Shown: positions 1 through 8,147 of the stretch, piece by piece
Numbering within the stretch: position 1 is the stretch's first letter
Layout: every line of letters starts with the position of its first letter
Origin: Escherichia virus TH20
DNA length: 40,001 nt
Strand: one strand, 5' to 3'
Sequence record: MT446394.1
Position numbers and translations under genes: made by a program
Notes under the pieces: model-generated
Database searches by the model: none
Told to the model about the DNA's origin: nothing
The model's input: only the letters and a program-made list of their open reading frames with translations

Positions 1-807
1 GTTGACGGTAGGCTGAAGGTTGAATGACCCTAAGAACATCAGGTTCAGACGAGTGGTATCCTTCTTGCGGTATTCCTGCCAGACCGGGAAACCATCAGGT
101 GTGACCCAGTGTACCGGAAGGCAAGGCTTCAGGATTTCACCCGTCTTCTTGTCCTTCACTTCAGCAGCCAGCAGCTTGGCAGCACCTTGAAGCCACTTCA
201 TAGCGTCTACCGCAGCAACTACGGTCACGCTCACAGCTTCCCAAATCATCTTAGCCATGAATCGGGACGCTTGGCTTGGCTCGGTGAACATAGCTCCAGA
301 CCCTGCGTCAATTGCGGGCATCACGATGTCCTCGTAAACTTGGTCTGCGAAGCCGTACTCTTTCGACCCGTAGGCCAGAGTCATGACTGAGCGCTTAGTA
401 ACCTTGCGTGACATACCGTAAGTCAGCCACTGCCGGGCCAGCTCTCGTGTCCCCAGCTTGAGACGTTCGGTAATCTCACCAGTTTTCTTGTCCTCGTGAG
501 TTACCATCTCGTTGTCCGTGCCGTTAACCAACAGGACTTTAAGCTCCTCCTCAATGCGGTCAGACACGATGCGGTAGATGTCTTGGACCTTACCGGAAGG
601 CGTCAGGTTTACTGCATGTCCACCGATGTGATCACGAAGCATCGCGCTGAAGTGCTGAATCCCAGAGCAGGACCCATCGAAAGCTATCGGCAGCGAGCAG
701 GAGTAAGACAAACCGTGGTGCATTACGCCAGCATACTCGAAGCAGAACGCTAGGAAGCAGAACGGAGAGTCTAACTTACCCCACCACTCAATGCTGTCCA
801 TCGGTGC
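1..807. repeat. Window-end duplication, copy 1 (same sequence as 39195-40001); artefact of wrapping a circularised or permuted assembly
   Basis: Track ORFs 109..390 and 496..753 have identical translations to 39303..39584 and 39690..39947 (offset 39,194); first 46 nt match by eye. Confidence 0.9.
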
Positions 808-2316
808 CTTAGCGGTAGCCATGATGTTGTCGTGGTTATCTTCCACCCACTTGATGCGCTCATCGAAGGTTACTTTATCGACACCCGCACAGTTTGCACC
901 GTGGACCTTCAGCCATTTGAAACCATCAGCACCAATAGGCTTACCGACTGCCAGAGTCAGGAGACCCTTTTGCATGTCGTTACCCTGAGGGTTGAACATC
1001 GGCACAGCGTAGACGCGACCGCGCCAGTCCATGTTATACGGGAACCAGATGGCCTTGAACTGAGAGAACTTGTTCGCTTGGTTAACGATAAAGCTCAGTG
1101 ACAATCTGCGTGACTGGCGGGCCTTCTCTCGGCGGTAGATACCAGCAGCAGTCTTCTTCCATGCCTTGAGTTCCTCTTCAGTCTCACCCGCATAGTCTTC
1201 AGGCTTCAGTGGCTCCATCTGAGGGATGTCATCAATAGGCGTGTTGTTCAACTTCTCGACCATGTTCACCACGTCCAGAACCTTCTTGTTCACTTTCCAA
1301 GGCGTATTCTGGATGATATTCACAGCGTCATAGACTTCAGGCATGTACACGTCTTCATAGCGTGCCACCGCAGACTTAGACCCTAAGCGAATCAATGGTA
1401 GTGGTCTGCGACCTTTGGCCCAGTACCCACCGCCTACGACACCAGTCCATGGCTTAGGTGGAACGACGCAAGGTTGATAGACCGGAGCGATACCCGCAAG
1501 GCTGAAGCCTCGTTGTGCCATCTTCTTGACCCAGAAGTCTGACAGGTGGACCATCTCTACATCAGCCGCTGCATTGCCAGCACCGTAGCGCTTAAGCTCG
1601 ACCAGTTGTGTTGACTGGATGACAATCTCAAGCATCTTGATTCCAACGTGGACAGCCTCGGTCGGACTCCAAGTCCCCCACGCATCTTCCAGTTGTCCTT
1701 GCTCCAGCATGGATGTCTCAACCGCTTGCATGTAGGCTTTTTTGTAGGATGCCCCGGCCCGCTTGTTCAGGTTCTCAGCTATCGCCTTCTTGAAGTGCTC
1801 CTTCTCCTTGTCACGGATGCGACCGAAGCGGATTTCGTCCTCAAGTGTGCGACCTATCGCGGAGGCCATCGGTGTAATCGGTATCCCTTCAGGCTTGACC
1901 AGCTTGGAGAGTATTACCTTCAGTATGATGACCGCAGCAGACTCGCAGGAGATACGCAGATAGCGGTCCTTGACGGCCTTCTCTTCAGTGCTCAACATGG
2001 TGAACGCTACGCTAGGACGAGAGGTTGACAGCTTCCCGTCTGGACCTTCATGCCACTCCCTGACGGCTTGCGCAATCTTAGGGACCAGAGTCTGCATCAA
2101 AGGCTTGGCGACCTGATTGTCTGCCAGTTCCCCACGCTCAGTCTGTCGCTCAAGGTTCTTGATGAAACGTCGCTCGCCTTCAGTGTATGCCTCATGCTCA
2201 AGCTGAAGCTGTTTGACTGCAAGGTCTTGTCCATAGTGGTCAGCCAGCAGGTTAAACGGCTCAATAGCGTTAGACACATCAGAGAAGTCGTGTTTGTCAA
2301 TAGAGATGACGCTCAT
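1..2316 (-). CDS. T7-type single-subunit DNA-directed RNA polymerase (gene 1), N-terminal 772 codons; continues at 38829..39194 (full length about 893 aa)
   Basis: ATG at 2316-2314 with AAGGA upstream; hand translation MSVISIDKHDFSD... runs co-linear with T7 RNAP (FPYNMDWRGRVYA, NPQGNDM, HGANCAGVDK); no stop before window start. Confidence 0.95.
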   Translation of the reverse strand, partial: MSVISIDKHDFSDVSNAIEPFNLLADHYGQDLAVKQLQLEHEAYTEGERRFIKNLERQTERGELADNQVAKPLMQTLVPKIAQAVREWHEGPDGKLSTSRPSVAFTMLSTEEKAVKDRYLRISCESAAVIILKVILSKLVKPEGIPITPMASAIGRTLEDEIRFGRIRDKEKEHFKKAIAENLNKRAGASYKKAYMQAVETSMLEQGQLEDAWGTWSPTEAVHVGIKMLEIVIQSTQLVELKRYGAGNAAADVEMVHLSDFWVKKMAQRGFSLAGIAPVYQPCVVPPKPWTGVVGGGYWAKGRRPLPLIRLGSKSAVARYEDVYMPEVYDAVNIIQNTPWKVNKKVLDVVNMVEKLNNTPIDDIPQMEPLKPEDYAGETEEELKAWKKTAAGIYRREKARQSRRLSLSFIVNQANKFSQFKAIWFPYNMDWRGRVYAVPMFNPQGNDMQKGLLTLAVGKPIGADGFKWLKVHGANCAGVDKVTFDERIKWVEDNHDNIMATAKAPMDSIEWWGKLDSPFCFLAFCFEYAGVMHHGLSYSCSLPIAFDGSCSGIQHFSAMLRDHIGGHAVNLTPSGKVQDIYRIVSDRIEEELKVLLVNGTDNEMVTHEDKKTGEITERLKLGTRELARQWLTYGMSRKVTKRSVMTLAYGSKEYGFADQVYEDIVMPAIDAGSGAMFTEPSQASRFMAKMIWEAVSVTVVAAVDAMKWLQGAAKLLAAEVKDKKTGEILKPCLPVHWVTPDGFPVWQEYRKKDTTRLNLMFLGSFNLQPTVN

Positions 2317-2385
2317 ACTTAAAGTCCTTGTTATTAGTCTTTCACTTAAAGTCTCTTTGGTCTTTCACTTGGAGTCTTAGACCTT

Positions 2386-2408
2386 GAGTCCTATAGTGAT
2401 AATTAAGT
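2386..2408 (-). promoter_or_regulatory. Phage-RNAP promoter-like site (variant TTAATTATCACTATAGGACTC) about 70 nt upstream of the RNAP gene
   Basis: CACTATAGG core on minus strand, +1 G at 2391; differs from window consensus at -10 and +3 to +6. Confidence 0.45.
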
Positions 2409-2413
2409 CAGAA

Positions 2414-2674
2414 TCACTTGAATATCAGTGGGTTAGCGTGAAGATGGCTGAAGTCACCATGAGTCGTGTGCTTGATGGTTGACCGTTGGTCTATCGCCGT
2501 CCAGCCTGAGACTAAAAGTTTACCATCGTCAGTGATTGGTCGTCCACCATACGCCAGACACATCAGTTCGGACTTATGGCCCTCAGCCATCATGCGGCGC
2601 TGTAAGAACATGTCACGCTGCGCTTGCTCAACACGGCTACGGCTAGAGGGTTTGTTAGTGTATACGGTTTTCAT
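2414..2674 (-). CDS. Hypothetical early protein, 86 aa
   Basis: ATG at 2674 overlaps stop of upstream ORF (TAATG); last ORF of the early operon before gene 1; no family recognised. Confidence 0.5.
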   Translation of the reverse strand: MKTVYTNKPSSRSRVEQAQRDMFLQRRMMAEGHKSELMCLAYGGRPITDDGKLLVSGWTAIDQRSTIKHTTHGDFSHLHANPLIFK

Positions 2675-2871
2675 TACAGTTTGCTCCCAAGAGTTGCTAT
2701 ATCCCAGACGTTCGCTAAGTTGCGCATGAATCGTCCGTTAGGTTGACGTACAGTCCAGCGACCCAGACGTACATAGTTAAATTTGTAGACTTTACGCGCT
2801 TTGTTGATGTCTCTCACCAGCACGTAGGTGATAAGTCCATAGCCGAAGATACCCAGAAGTATCCAGCTCAT
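2674..2871 (-). CDS. Hypothetical early protein, 65 aa, hydrophobic N-terminus then basic tail
   Basis: ATG start overlapping upstream stop (TAATG); N-terminal WILLGIFGYGLITYVLV looks like a TM helix. Confidence 0.5.
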   Translation of the reverse strand: MSWILLGIFGYGLITYVLVRDINKARKVYKFNYVRLGRWTVRQPNGRFMRNLANVWDIATLGSKL

Positions 2872-2960
2872 TAGAATGACCCTCGCTTGATTGCGTCAAG
2901 AAGGCCCCAAGCTATCAGGAAGATGACCGGAGACAGGCATACCCAGTAACCTATATTCAT
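2871..2960 (-). CDS. Hypothetical small hydrophobic peptide, 29 aa
   Basis: Hand translation MNIGYWVCLSPVIFLIAWGLLDAIKRGSF; TAGGAG 6 nt upstream of ATG; stop overlaps next start; below track size cutoff. Confidence 0.3.
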   Translation of the reverse strand: MNIGYWVCLSPVIFLIAWGLLDAIKRGSF

Positions 2961-3030
2961 AGTTAACTCCTATCAATGTAAGTGAAAATCTTTGAGGCCA
3001 CCTATCAGTCGATGACCTCTCGTCTATCAC

Positions 3031-3156
3031 TCAGTACCCGCCTGTCAGCGTTATGGTCAGGCTATGGTGATTAGCCACGTAGCAGGCCCCGCGCTTCATC
3101 ATCTCGTAGCACCCATCGTAGAACGCCTGTTCACTACTATAAGTTATCTGGTACAT
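3031..3156 (-). CDS. Hypothetical early protein, 41 aa
   Basis: Hand translation MYQITYSSEQAFYDGCYEMMKRGACYVANHHSLTITLTGGY; GAGGA upstream; below track size cutoff. Confidence 0.3.
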   Translation of the reverse strand: MYQITYSSEQAFYDGCYEMMKRGACYVANHHSLTITLTGGY

Positions 3157-3158
3157 GT

Positions 3159-3314
3159 TTACTTGTCCTCAGAGTGTAAGCTGTCGTGTATACGCTTGCG
3201 GCCCTCATAGACCGCCTTCAGGTGACGCATAGTCGCATCATGGTTTAACTGCCCGGTCTTGACCATAATCCGGGCGTTAGCGACGTGGTGCTGGCAGAGA
3301 CCATAAGTTACCAT
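3159..3314 (-). CDS. Hypothetical early protein, 51 aa
   Basis: ATG overlaps stop of Ocr-like gene (TGATG); hand translation [51 protein letters not shown]. Confidence 0.35.
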   Translation of the reverse strand: MVTYGLCQHHVANARIMVKTGQLNHDATMRHLKAVYEGRKRIHDSLHSEDK

Positions 3315-3823
3315 CACTCGCAGTCCTCCTCAGCAGCCGCAGGGTCGAACACTACGTTATCGTTGATGTCTTCGACCTGCATGTGAAAACCTTCCTCATA
3401 GAGTTCTTTTGCACATGCAATAGCCTCGTAAAGTGATACAGATGCCTCAATTATCTCGCCTGTTCTAGTGTCAACTACCCAATATTCAGCCTTTTCGTCT
3501 TCCTCCTCAGCCTCAAACCAGACCACATCCGAGCTATTAGACACATCGTTATATAGTGCCTCATAAATGCGAGCTTGCAGTATACGCGTTACGTCCTTGG
3601 TCTCAGGCATCAGCCCAGAGTCTTCAAACTCGTGGTCGATACCATCAGCAGCCATCACCGTGAAGATCTCGTGGTAATAGTGCGGAACCTGACCGTCTAC
3701 GACTTCATGCAGCGCATCGTAATAATCATCACCTTCAGCTATTTCGTCGTACTGAATGCGCTCGTTAAACGCTTCAACAGTTGCAGCTAGCAGCTCATAG
3801 TATGCGTTAGCGTTACGTTCCAT
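3314..3823 (-). CDS. Ocr-like anti-restriction DNA-mimic protein (T7 gene 0.3 homologue) with C-terminal extension, 169 aa
   Basis: Acidic protein; N-terminal 95 aa share [42 protein letters not shown] with T7 Ocr; ATG 3823 preceded by GAGAGGA; first gene after the host-promoter region. Confidence 0.8.
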   Translation of the reverse strand: MERNANAYYELLAATVEAFNERIQYDEIAEGDDYYDALHEVVDGQVPHYYHEIFTVMAADGIDHEFEDSGLMPETKDVTRILQARIYEALYNDVSNSSDVVWFEAEEEDEKAEYWVVDTRTGEIIEASVSLYEAIACAKELYEEGFHMQVEDINDNVVFDPAAAEEDCE

Positions 3824-4134
3824 AATTATATCCTCTCAGTTGTTAGTGACTATCAGTCAGAGCCTTCAGATGTAGACTCAAAGACTCTGTAGTTAGTCGC
3901 TATCGGCGCACATTAAGAGTTTATCCAGATTGTTAAAGAGCGTTGAGGTCGTCAACCTCCGAGGTATTCGGTAGTTCCTAACCTTGTCTGTCACCGCGCT
4001 ATAGGTAGTGACTTAGTATCCGACAACCAGACCTTCTTCACTCGGTGAAGCCCGACCTCTCAATTTACTCTTAGTGAGGTGCTTAGAGTGTACCTGCTGC
4101 CAGTCCTTGGTAGCGTCTTGCTGCTTGGTGAATC

Positions 4135-4164
4135 ATACTACTTTAAGTCGTTACTGCTTGTCAA
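4135..4164 (-). promoter_or_regulatory. Candidate host sigma70 early promoter (T7 A2/A3-like): TTGACA, 18-nt spacer, TAGTAT
   Basis: -35 at 4164-4159 and -10 at 4140-4135 on minus strand; flanking AAGTAGACAGCCTGATAAGTC resembles the T7 early promoter region as I recall it. Confidence 0.35.
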
Positions 4165-4276
4165 CTACTTTCTGTCATCTGCCTGTTGTTCGTATGACTT
4201 ATCAGGCTGTCTACTTAACCGGGATGACCCGGCGTCTTCACTATCCGGTTGTTGCCGTGTCGTGTTGATGGAAGCT

Positions 4277-4305
4277 ATTAGGCCCTAGTCTGGACCTATA
4301 GTCAA
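4277..4305 (-). promoter_or_regulatory. Candidate host sigma70 early promoter (T7 A1-like): TTGACT, 17-nt spacer, CCTAAT
   Basis: -35 at 4305-4300, weak -10 at 4282-4277; overlaps a degenerate phage-promoter-like CTATAGG element. Confidence 0.25.
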
Positions 4306-4417
4306 TAGGTAATTTGAAATAATATTGATTGAGCTATCGTCGGCCCCATGGTGTAAGAGGATATAGTCTTTGACTAACATGTCTTTGACCTTAAGTCTAT
4401 AGCCATTGTGTCTATTA

Positions 4418-4485
4418 ACTGTAGGTTTAGACTGTAGGTAGCGGCATTACCGATGGTAGATGACTGTAGGTAGTTAGACTGTAGG
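4418..4485. repeat. Array of four CCTACAGT octamer repeats (minus-strand sense), left-end side of predicted terminal repeat
   Basis: ACTGTAGG on plus strand at 4418, 4431, 4463, 4478; analogous in position to the CCTAAAG arrays of T7. Confidence 0.6.
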
Positions 4486-4499
4486 TAGTGACTCAAGGT

Positions 4500-4689
4500 C
4501 TGATACAGATAGAGACTCAAAGACAGACCCATAGTCCCAACCTATCGTCCTTCCCTAAGCCATAGCCTCTACCTATCGTTGACCTGAAGTCTTTACCAGC
4601 GGTCAAACCTTATGATAGACTGGGGTAGGGCCTTTGGTCTGGACTGAAAGAGGGCCTATGGGGAGACTTGAGGTTCTTGAACTGTGAGA
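4500..4689. repeat. Predicted direct terminal repeat (single collapsed copy); physical left terminus near 4689 on the minus strand
   Basis: Minus-strand TCTCACAGTTCAAGAACC at 4689-4672 matches the conserved left-end start of T7/T3; distal boundary (about 4500) is a guess from similarity to the T7 repeat end. Confidence 0.35.
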
Positions 4690-4727
4690 TGTGGTCTCAA
4701 ACTTTTGGTCCAAAACTCATCGTCACT

Positions 4728-4765
4728 ACTGTAGGCCACAGCCACTGTAGGTCAAGGACCGTAGG
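4728..4765. repeat. Array of three CCTACAGT-type octamer repeats, right-end side of predicted terminus
   Basis: ACTGTAGG at 4728 and 4744, ACCGTAGG at 4758 on plus strand. Confidence 0.55.
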
Positions 4766-4926
4766 TCAGGCGACACTAGGATAGACCAATAAGTAGGATG
4801 ACCCTAAGTGAGCTTCTCTTAAGGTGTTACCTAAAGTCCTTGACTACAGTAGCTAAGGTCAGTAGAGTAGCGTCAGCTATGAACTGACCTTAGGTCTTGC
4901 TTTCGTTGATTGTTACCATGATTGCG

Positions 4927-5085
4927 TTAATTACACTCAGACACCAGAGAACATACGAGAGTCTCGACCCACCCGACCCACTGACTTCCAGCAGTAACGC
5001 CAGCAGCAAGTAGAACAGCAGCAAGAAACCTGTATGTAGCTCGATTGGTCGCCAGAGCTTTAAGTACAGCTTTGGTCTTTGCCAT
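4927..5085 (-). CDS. Small protein at the gene 19.5 position, 52 aa
   Basis: Hand translation MAKTKAVLKALATNRATYRFLAAVLLAAGVTAGSQWVGWVETLVCSLVSECN; GGAGG upstream (10-nt spacer); lies between the rightmost phage promoter and the genome end as in T7. Confidence 0.4.
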   Translation of the reverse strand: MAKTKAVLKALATNRATYRFLAAVLLAAGVTAGSQWVGWVETLVCSLVSECN

Positions 5086-5264
5086 ATGCTACATACCTCC
5101 TGTATCTATGGTCGGTGACTATCTGTATTGGAGGGATTATGATTAATATCACCTCCTTCCATCGGTGCAAGCCTTAGGTAAGAACTAGGAGTCTGCCTCC
5201 TAAGGTCTTGCATAAAGTCTGCATATGTATATTCACTACAGTAATACTATAAGTAACCGGGGGT

Positions 5265-5287
5265 CTTCCCTATAGTGATAGTTAAGT
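5265..5287 (-). promoter_or_regulatory. Phage-RNAP promoter (phiOR position, downstream of large terminase): ACTTAACTATCACTATAGGGAAG
   Basis: Near-consensus 23-mer on minus strand, +1 G at 5270. Confidence 0.7.
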
Positions 5288-5381
5288 CCAAACTCCTTGT
5301 AAAACAGTAGGTTAGACTGGTAGCAACTATAGGTTACTAACTGCGTATTCATGCAGCTTTCACCTATAGTTATTCATTCAG

Positions 5382-7145
5382 CTAGTGGAACGTAACGTAT
5401 GACCCTAGTCCAAGCTCGTCGTCCGTATCGTGAGTTACCCGGACCCCATTGTCCCAGAACTCAGTGTGGATGGACTCGAAGCCTTTCCGTGGGTTCTCCA
5501 TCTGTTCCTCCAGCCACTCCTCAGTGACTTCACGTTCGCCTTTGTTGGCATCCTTAGCCATAGACTCAACGAAGAACTGTACACCGATAGCTAGCGCATC
5601 AAGTCGGTCATCGTGTGCCAAGGCCCCACGTTCACGAGAGATACGTGTCATCTGGTAGAAGAGAGAGTAGATAGGGTTACGAACACCATCCTTATCAGAG
5701 GCCGACTGGTAGTCTTGGACGATAGCAGCAGCGTTAACGATAAGTCGGTGAGACCCCATGATAGGCTCCAGAACGTCACAGATGCGGAGTTCTTTCTGAC
5801 CCTTACTCTTCACTTCAGTTACAGCCGCAGGATGGATACGGGCCGCTACAGGCTTGAATAGCTCAAGGTACATACCATCACCGAAGTTACCCTCAATGAC
5901 GTATTCGTTGACCTTCCACTTACGACCAATCTTAGCCAGCGCTTCAAGCGTAGAGTCTTCATAACCACCCCGCATACCACCAACTTCCATAGCGAAGATG
6001 TAGCCGTTGAGCTGGTACAGTACCGCATAGCCAGTTTCATCCTTACCACGACCACTAGGGTCAATGACCAGAATCTTCTGGGTGTACGAACTGAAGGCAG
6101 AACCTACAGTCTGATACGTGTGGTATGAGTCACCCATGAGTCCAACGTTAGGAACGTCCTCACGCTTGTTCTGAGGGTTTGGCAGCCATTGGTAGACCAT
6201 TGGGCTGGACGCTGGGTCCAAGTCGGCTACGATAAGGTCACGGAGCTTCAGAGGGTACTTCTCAGCATCACTTAGGTTCGGGTTAAGCATGAACTGTAGA
6301 GCGAAGCCGGCTTTACCATAGGACAGCTCACGTTCCTTCAGGTCAGTATCGTCGAATCGAACTTCATCGGTCGGACGCCAGTAGAAGGCCTCAGGGTCCT
6401 CTTCAAGCTCTGCCTGAAGCATAGGAGCCAGACGGTCTCCGTAAGACTGCCAGTCCTTCCTGTCGCGTGGATAACGAGCAGGCCAGATAGTAGTGGTGTA
6501 CCCACGGCCTTCCAACTCACGATACAAGGTCATCTCGTTCTGAGGAGTACCCAGATAGATGATCGTACCTCCCGGCTTCAGGATAGCGTCGAACTCTTTC
6601 ACAAGCTCTGACAGACGGTCTCGTGCGGCCTGAGTCGCTGAGTTGTTTGGAACCTCCACGTCGTCGGCAATCAGGATGTCGGCACGACTACCAGTCAACT
6701 GACCAGTGATACCAACGGACTTAACCGAAGGTGAGTGGTCTGGCTTGGCTGGTCCAACATCGAAGCTGATAACCGCATCTCGCTGCCCCTGCTTAGGTTT
6801 GAGCTCCTGAAGCTGAGGCATGAGGTCGATGATTCGCTTGATGAAGATGGAGTTAGCATCGGCTCGTTCCTTTGAGGCCGACACAATCATGAACTTCAAG
6901 TCTGGGTTGTTCCATAACTTCCAGACCACGAAGGCACACGTAATGAAGGACTTCCCGATACCACGGAACGCTTGTAGGATGAAGCGCCTGTTGCCCCCAG
7001 ACGATAGTTTCTTCGCCATGTCAATCTGACAGCGAGTCGGGACTGGGAGTGACAGAGCTTTCCACAGGACGAACAGGAAGAACACGAAGTCTGCCTTCAT
7101 ACGGGCAGTCATTAGCGCCTGACGCGCCACTAAATCTTTACTCAA
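5382..7145 (-). CDS. Terminase large subunit (T7 gp19-like), 587 aa
   Basis: Co-linear with T7 gp19 ([39 protein letters not shown]); start is TTG at 7145 with AAGGAGG 6 nt upstream, overlapping spanin stop. Confidence 0.97.
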   Translation of the reverse strand: MSKDLVARQALMTARMKADFVFFLFVLWKALSLPVPTRCQIDMAKKLSSGGNRRFILQAFRGIGKSFITCAFVVWKLWNNPDLKFMIVSASKERADANSIFIKRIIDLMPQLQELKPKQGQRDAVISFDVGPAKPDHSPSVKSVGITGQLTGSRADILIADDVEVPNNSATQAARDRLSELVKEFDAILKPGGTIIYLGTPQNEMTLYRELEGRGYTTTIWPARYPRDRKDWQSYGDRLAPMLQAELEEDPEAFYWRPTDEVRFDDTDLKERELSYGKAGFALQFMLNPNLSDAEKYPLKLRDLIVADLDPASSPMVYQWLPNPQNKREDVPNVGLMGDSYHTYQTVGSAFSSYTQKILVIDPSGRGKDETGYAVLYQLNGYIFAMEVGGMRGGYEDSTLEALAKIGRKWKVNEYVIEGNFGDGMYLELFKPVAARIHPAAVTEVKSKGQKELRICDVLEPIMGSHRLIVNAAAIVQDYQSASDKDGVRNPIYSLFYQMTRISRERGALAHDDRLDALAIGVQFFVESMAKDANKGEREVTEEWLEEQMENPRKGFESIHTEFWDNGVRVTHDTDDELGLGSYVTFH

Positions 7146-7591
7146 TGCGTCACCTCCTTATCTTGCTGCAAGGCTCTCACAGTGTCCTGAAGGGCCTTAA
7201 TCCACTTGTCTCCTTTCACTCCGATGACGATAAGACGTTTAGCATCTCGTTCGTCAAGTTCGGCGTAACCATCAATGACGCATCGACCGTCACTTTGCGT
7301 GGTTCCACTCGTTGGTTTGACTCGGATGCGCAGCCGCTTATTGTCAGACTGAAGGTCAGCAATAATCCTATCAGTGCTGCCTTCCAGCGAGGACATTTCG
7401 TCCTGAAACCGTTTGGACACTTTGTTGACTTCATCTTGGACAGCAAGCCTTGTATCTTCCGATGCCTTAAGATTCGAGGTGTATTCTTCATTGACCTTAG
7501 CCTCCCACTTATTGTTAGCGGTGTGGTAGCCACCAGCAAACATCACTGCTGCAAGTAACCACGGAGCCGCTCTCTTTAAAAATTCGAGCAT
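7142..7591 (-). CDS. i-spanin (T7 gp18.5 / Rz-like), 149 aa
   Basis: N-terminal TM segment [14 protein letters not shown], coiled-coil body; position between small and large terminase; GGGAGGG upstream of ATG 7591. Confidence 0.85.
   Translation of the reverse strand: MLEFLKRAAPWLLAAVMFAGGYHTANNKWEAKVNEEYTSNLKASEDTRLAVQDEVNKVSKRFQDEMSSLEGSTDRIIADLQSDNKRLRIRVKPTSGTTQSDGRCVIDGYAELDERDAKRLIVIGVKGDKWIKALQDTVRALQQDKEVTH
7216..7491 (-). CDS. o-spanin lipoprotein (T7 gp18.7 / Rz1-like) embedded out of frame in the i-spanin gene
   Basis: [25 protein letters not shown] with lipobox LTISGC aligns to remembered T7 gp18.7; start could be ATG 7491 or 7434. Confidence 0.6.
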   Translation of the reverse strand: MKNTPRILRHRKIQGLLSKMKSTKCPNGFRTKCPRWKAALIGLLLTFSLTISGCASESNQRVEPRKVTVDASLMVTPNLTNEMLNVLSSSE

Positions 7592-7644
7592 AGTTGCCCT
7601 CCCGGTTTATCAGATTTCACGTAGAGTCTCCTCCACTAGTTAGT

Positions 7645-7690
7645 GTTAACCATAAAGGCCACTACATATAGTAATGACCTTGAGTCTAAC
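7645..7690 (-). promoter_or_regulatory. Conserved stem-loop, candidate RNase III processing site (R18.5 position)
   Basis: One of three copies of AATCATAAAGGCCAC...ATGACCTTGAGTCTA; the stem needs a G-U pair on the minus-sense RNA but is a C-A mismatch on the plus strand. Confidence 0.4.
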
Positions 7691-7692
7691 AC

Positions 7693-7956
7693 TTATTGAA
7701 CACCATACCCGGTGTCATTATCTTCCGTAGATGAGAGCACCTTATCGTACTCTGCGTTCAGGGCCTCCATATCAGCCAGAGTCTTCTCGTCGACAGACAC
7801 CTTGCTTAGCACGAAGTTGTGACGAGCCAGTAGCTTCTCAATGGCGTTGTAAAGCTGAGGTGAACGCTTAGTGTCATCCCGCAGGTCTTGCAGCATGAGT
7901 CGAGCACGTTCAGTATCTAGCATCAAGAGGAACTTCTCTAAGTCCATCTGCGTCAT
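7693..7956 (-). CDS. Terminase small subunit (T7 gp18-like), 87 aa
   Basis: Size and position; ATG 7956 overlaps holin stop (ATGA). Confidence 0.8.
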   Translation of the reverse strand: MTQMDLEKFLLMLDTERARLMLQDLRDDTKRSPQLYNAIEKLLARHNFVLSKVSVDEKTLADMEALNAEYDKVLSSTEDNDTGYGVQ

Positions 7957-8147
7957 GTTTTACCCCCTCCTTTAATCGTTTTGTAGACTAGCACACCAAT
8001 CTGGACAACGGTGTACGCGATAGCTGCAACGTAGAACCATTCGTTAAGTGTGAGTCCGAAGAAGAACCGACTGGCACCATCAGCCGCAGCGGTCCCGACT
8101 ATAGGAGAGGCTTTAAGGACCTCATTCTTGAAGTCTAACTCAATCAT
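7953..8147 (-). CDS. Class II holin (T7 gp17.5-like), 64 aa
   Basis: GLTLNEWFYVAAIAYTVVQIG matches T7 gp17.5; GGAGGT upstream. Confidence 0.85.
   Translation of the reverse strand: MIELDFKNEVLKASPIVGTAAADGASRFFFGLTLNEWFYVAAIAYTVVQIGVLVYKTIKGGGKT

Noticed and set aside
1648-2028. Plus-strand ORF of 126 aa
   Set aside because: Antisense within the RNA polymerase gene
4418-4765. Short repeat arrays considered as a possible CRISPR array
   Set aside because: Repeats are 8 bp with irregular short spacing, not 25-50 bp repeats with unique spacers; they fit T7-type terminal-region repeats
5846-6064. Minus-strand ORF of 72 aa
   Set aside because: Out-of-frame inside the terminase large subunit gene with no independent signals
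7049-7558. Plus-strand ORF of 169 aa
   Set aside because: Antisense to the spanin and terminase genes, no RBS context, and every recognisable gene is on the minus strand; treated as a shadow ORF
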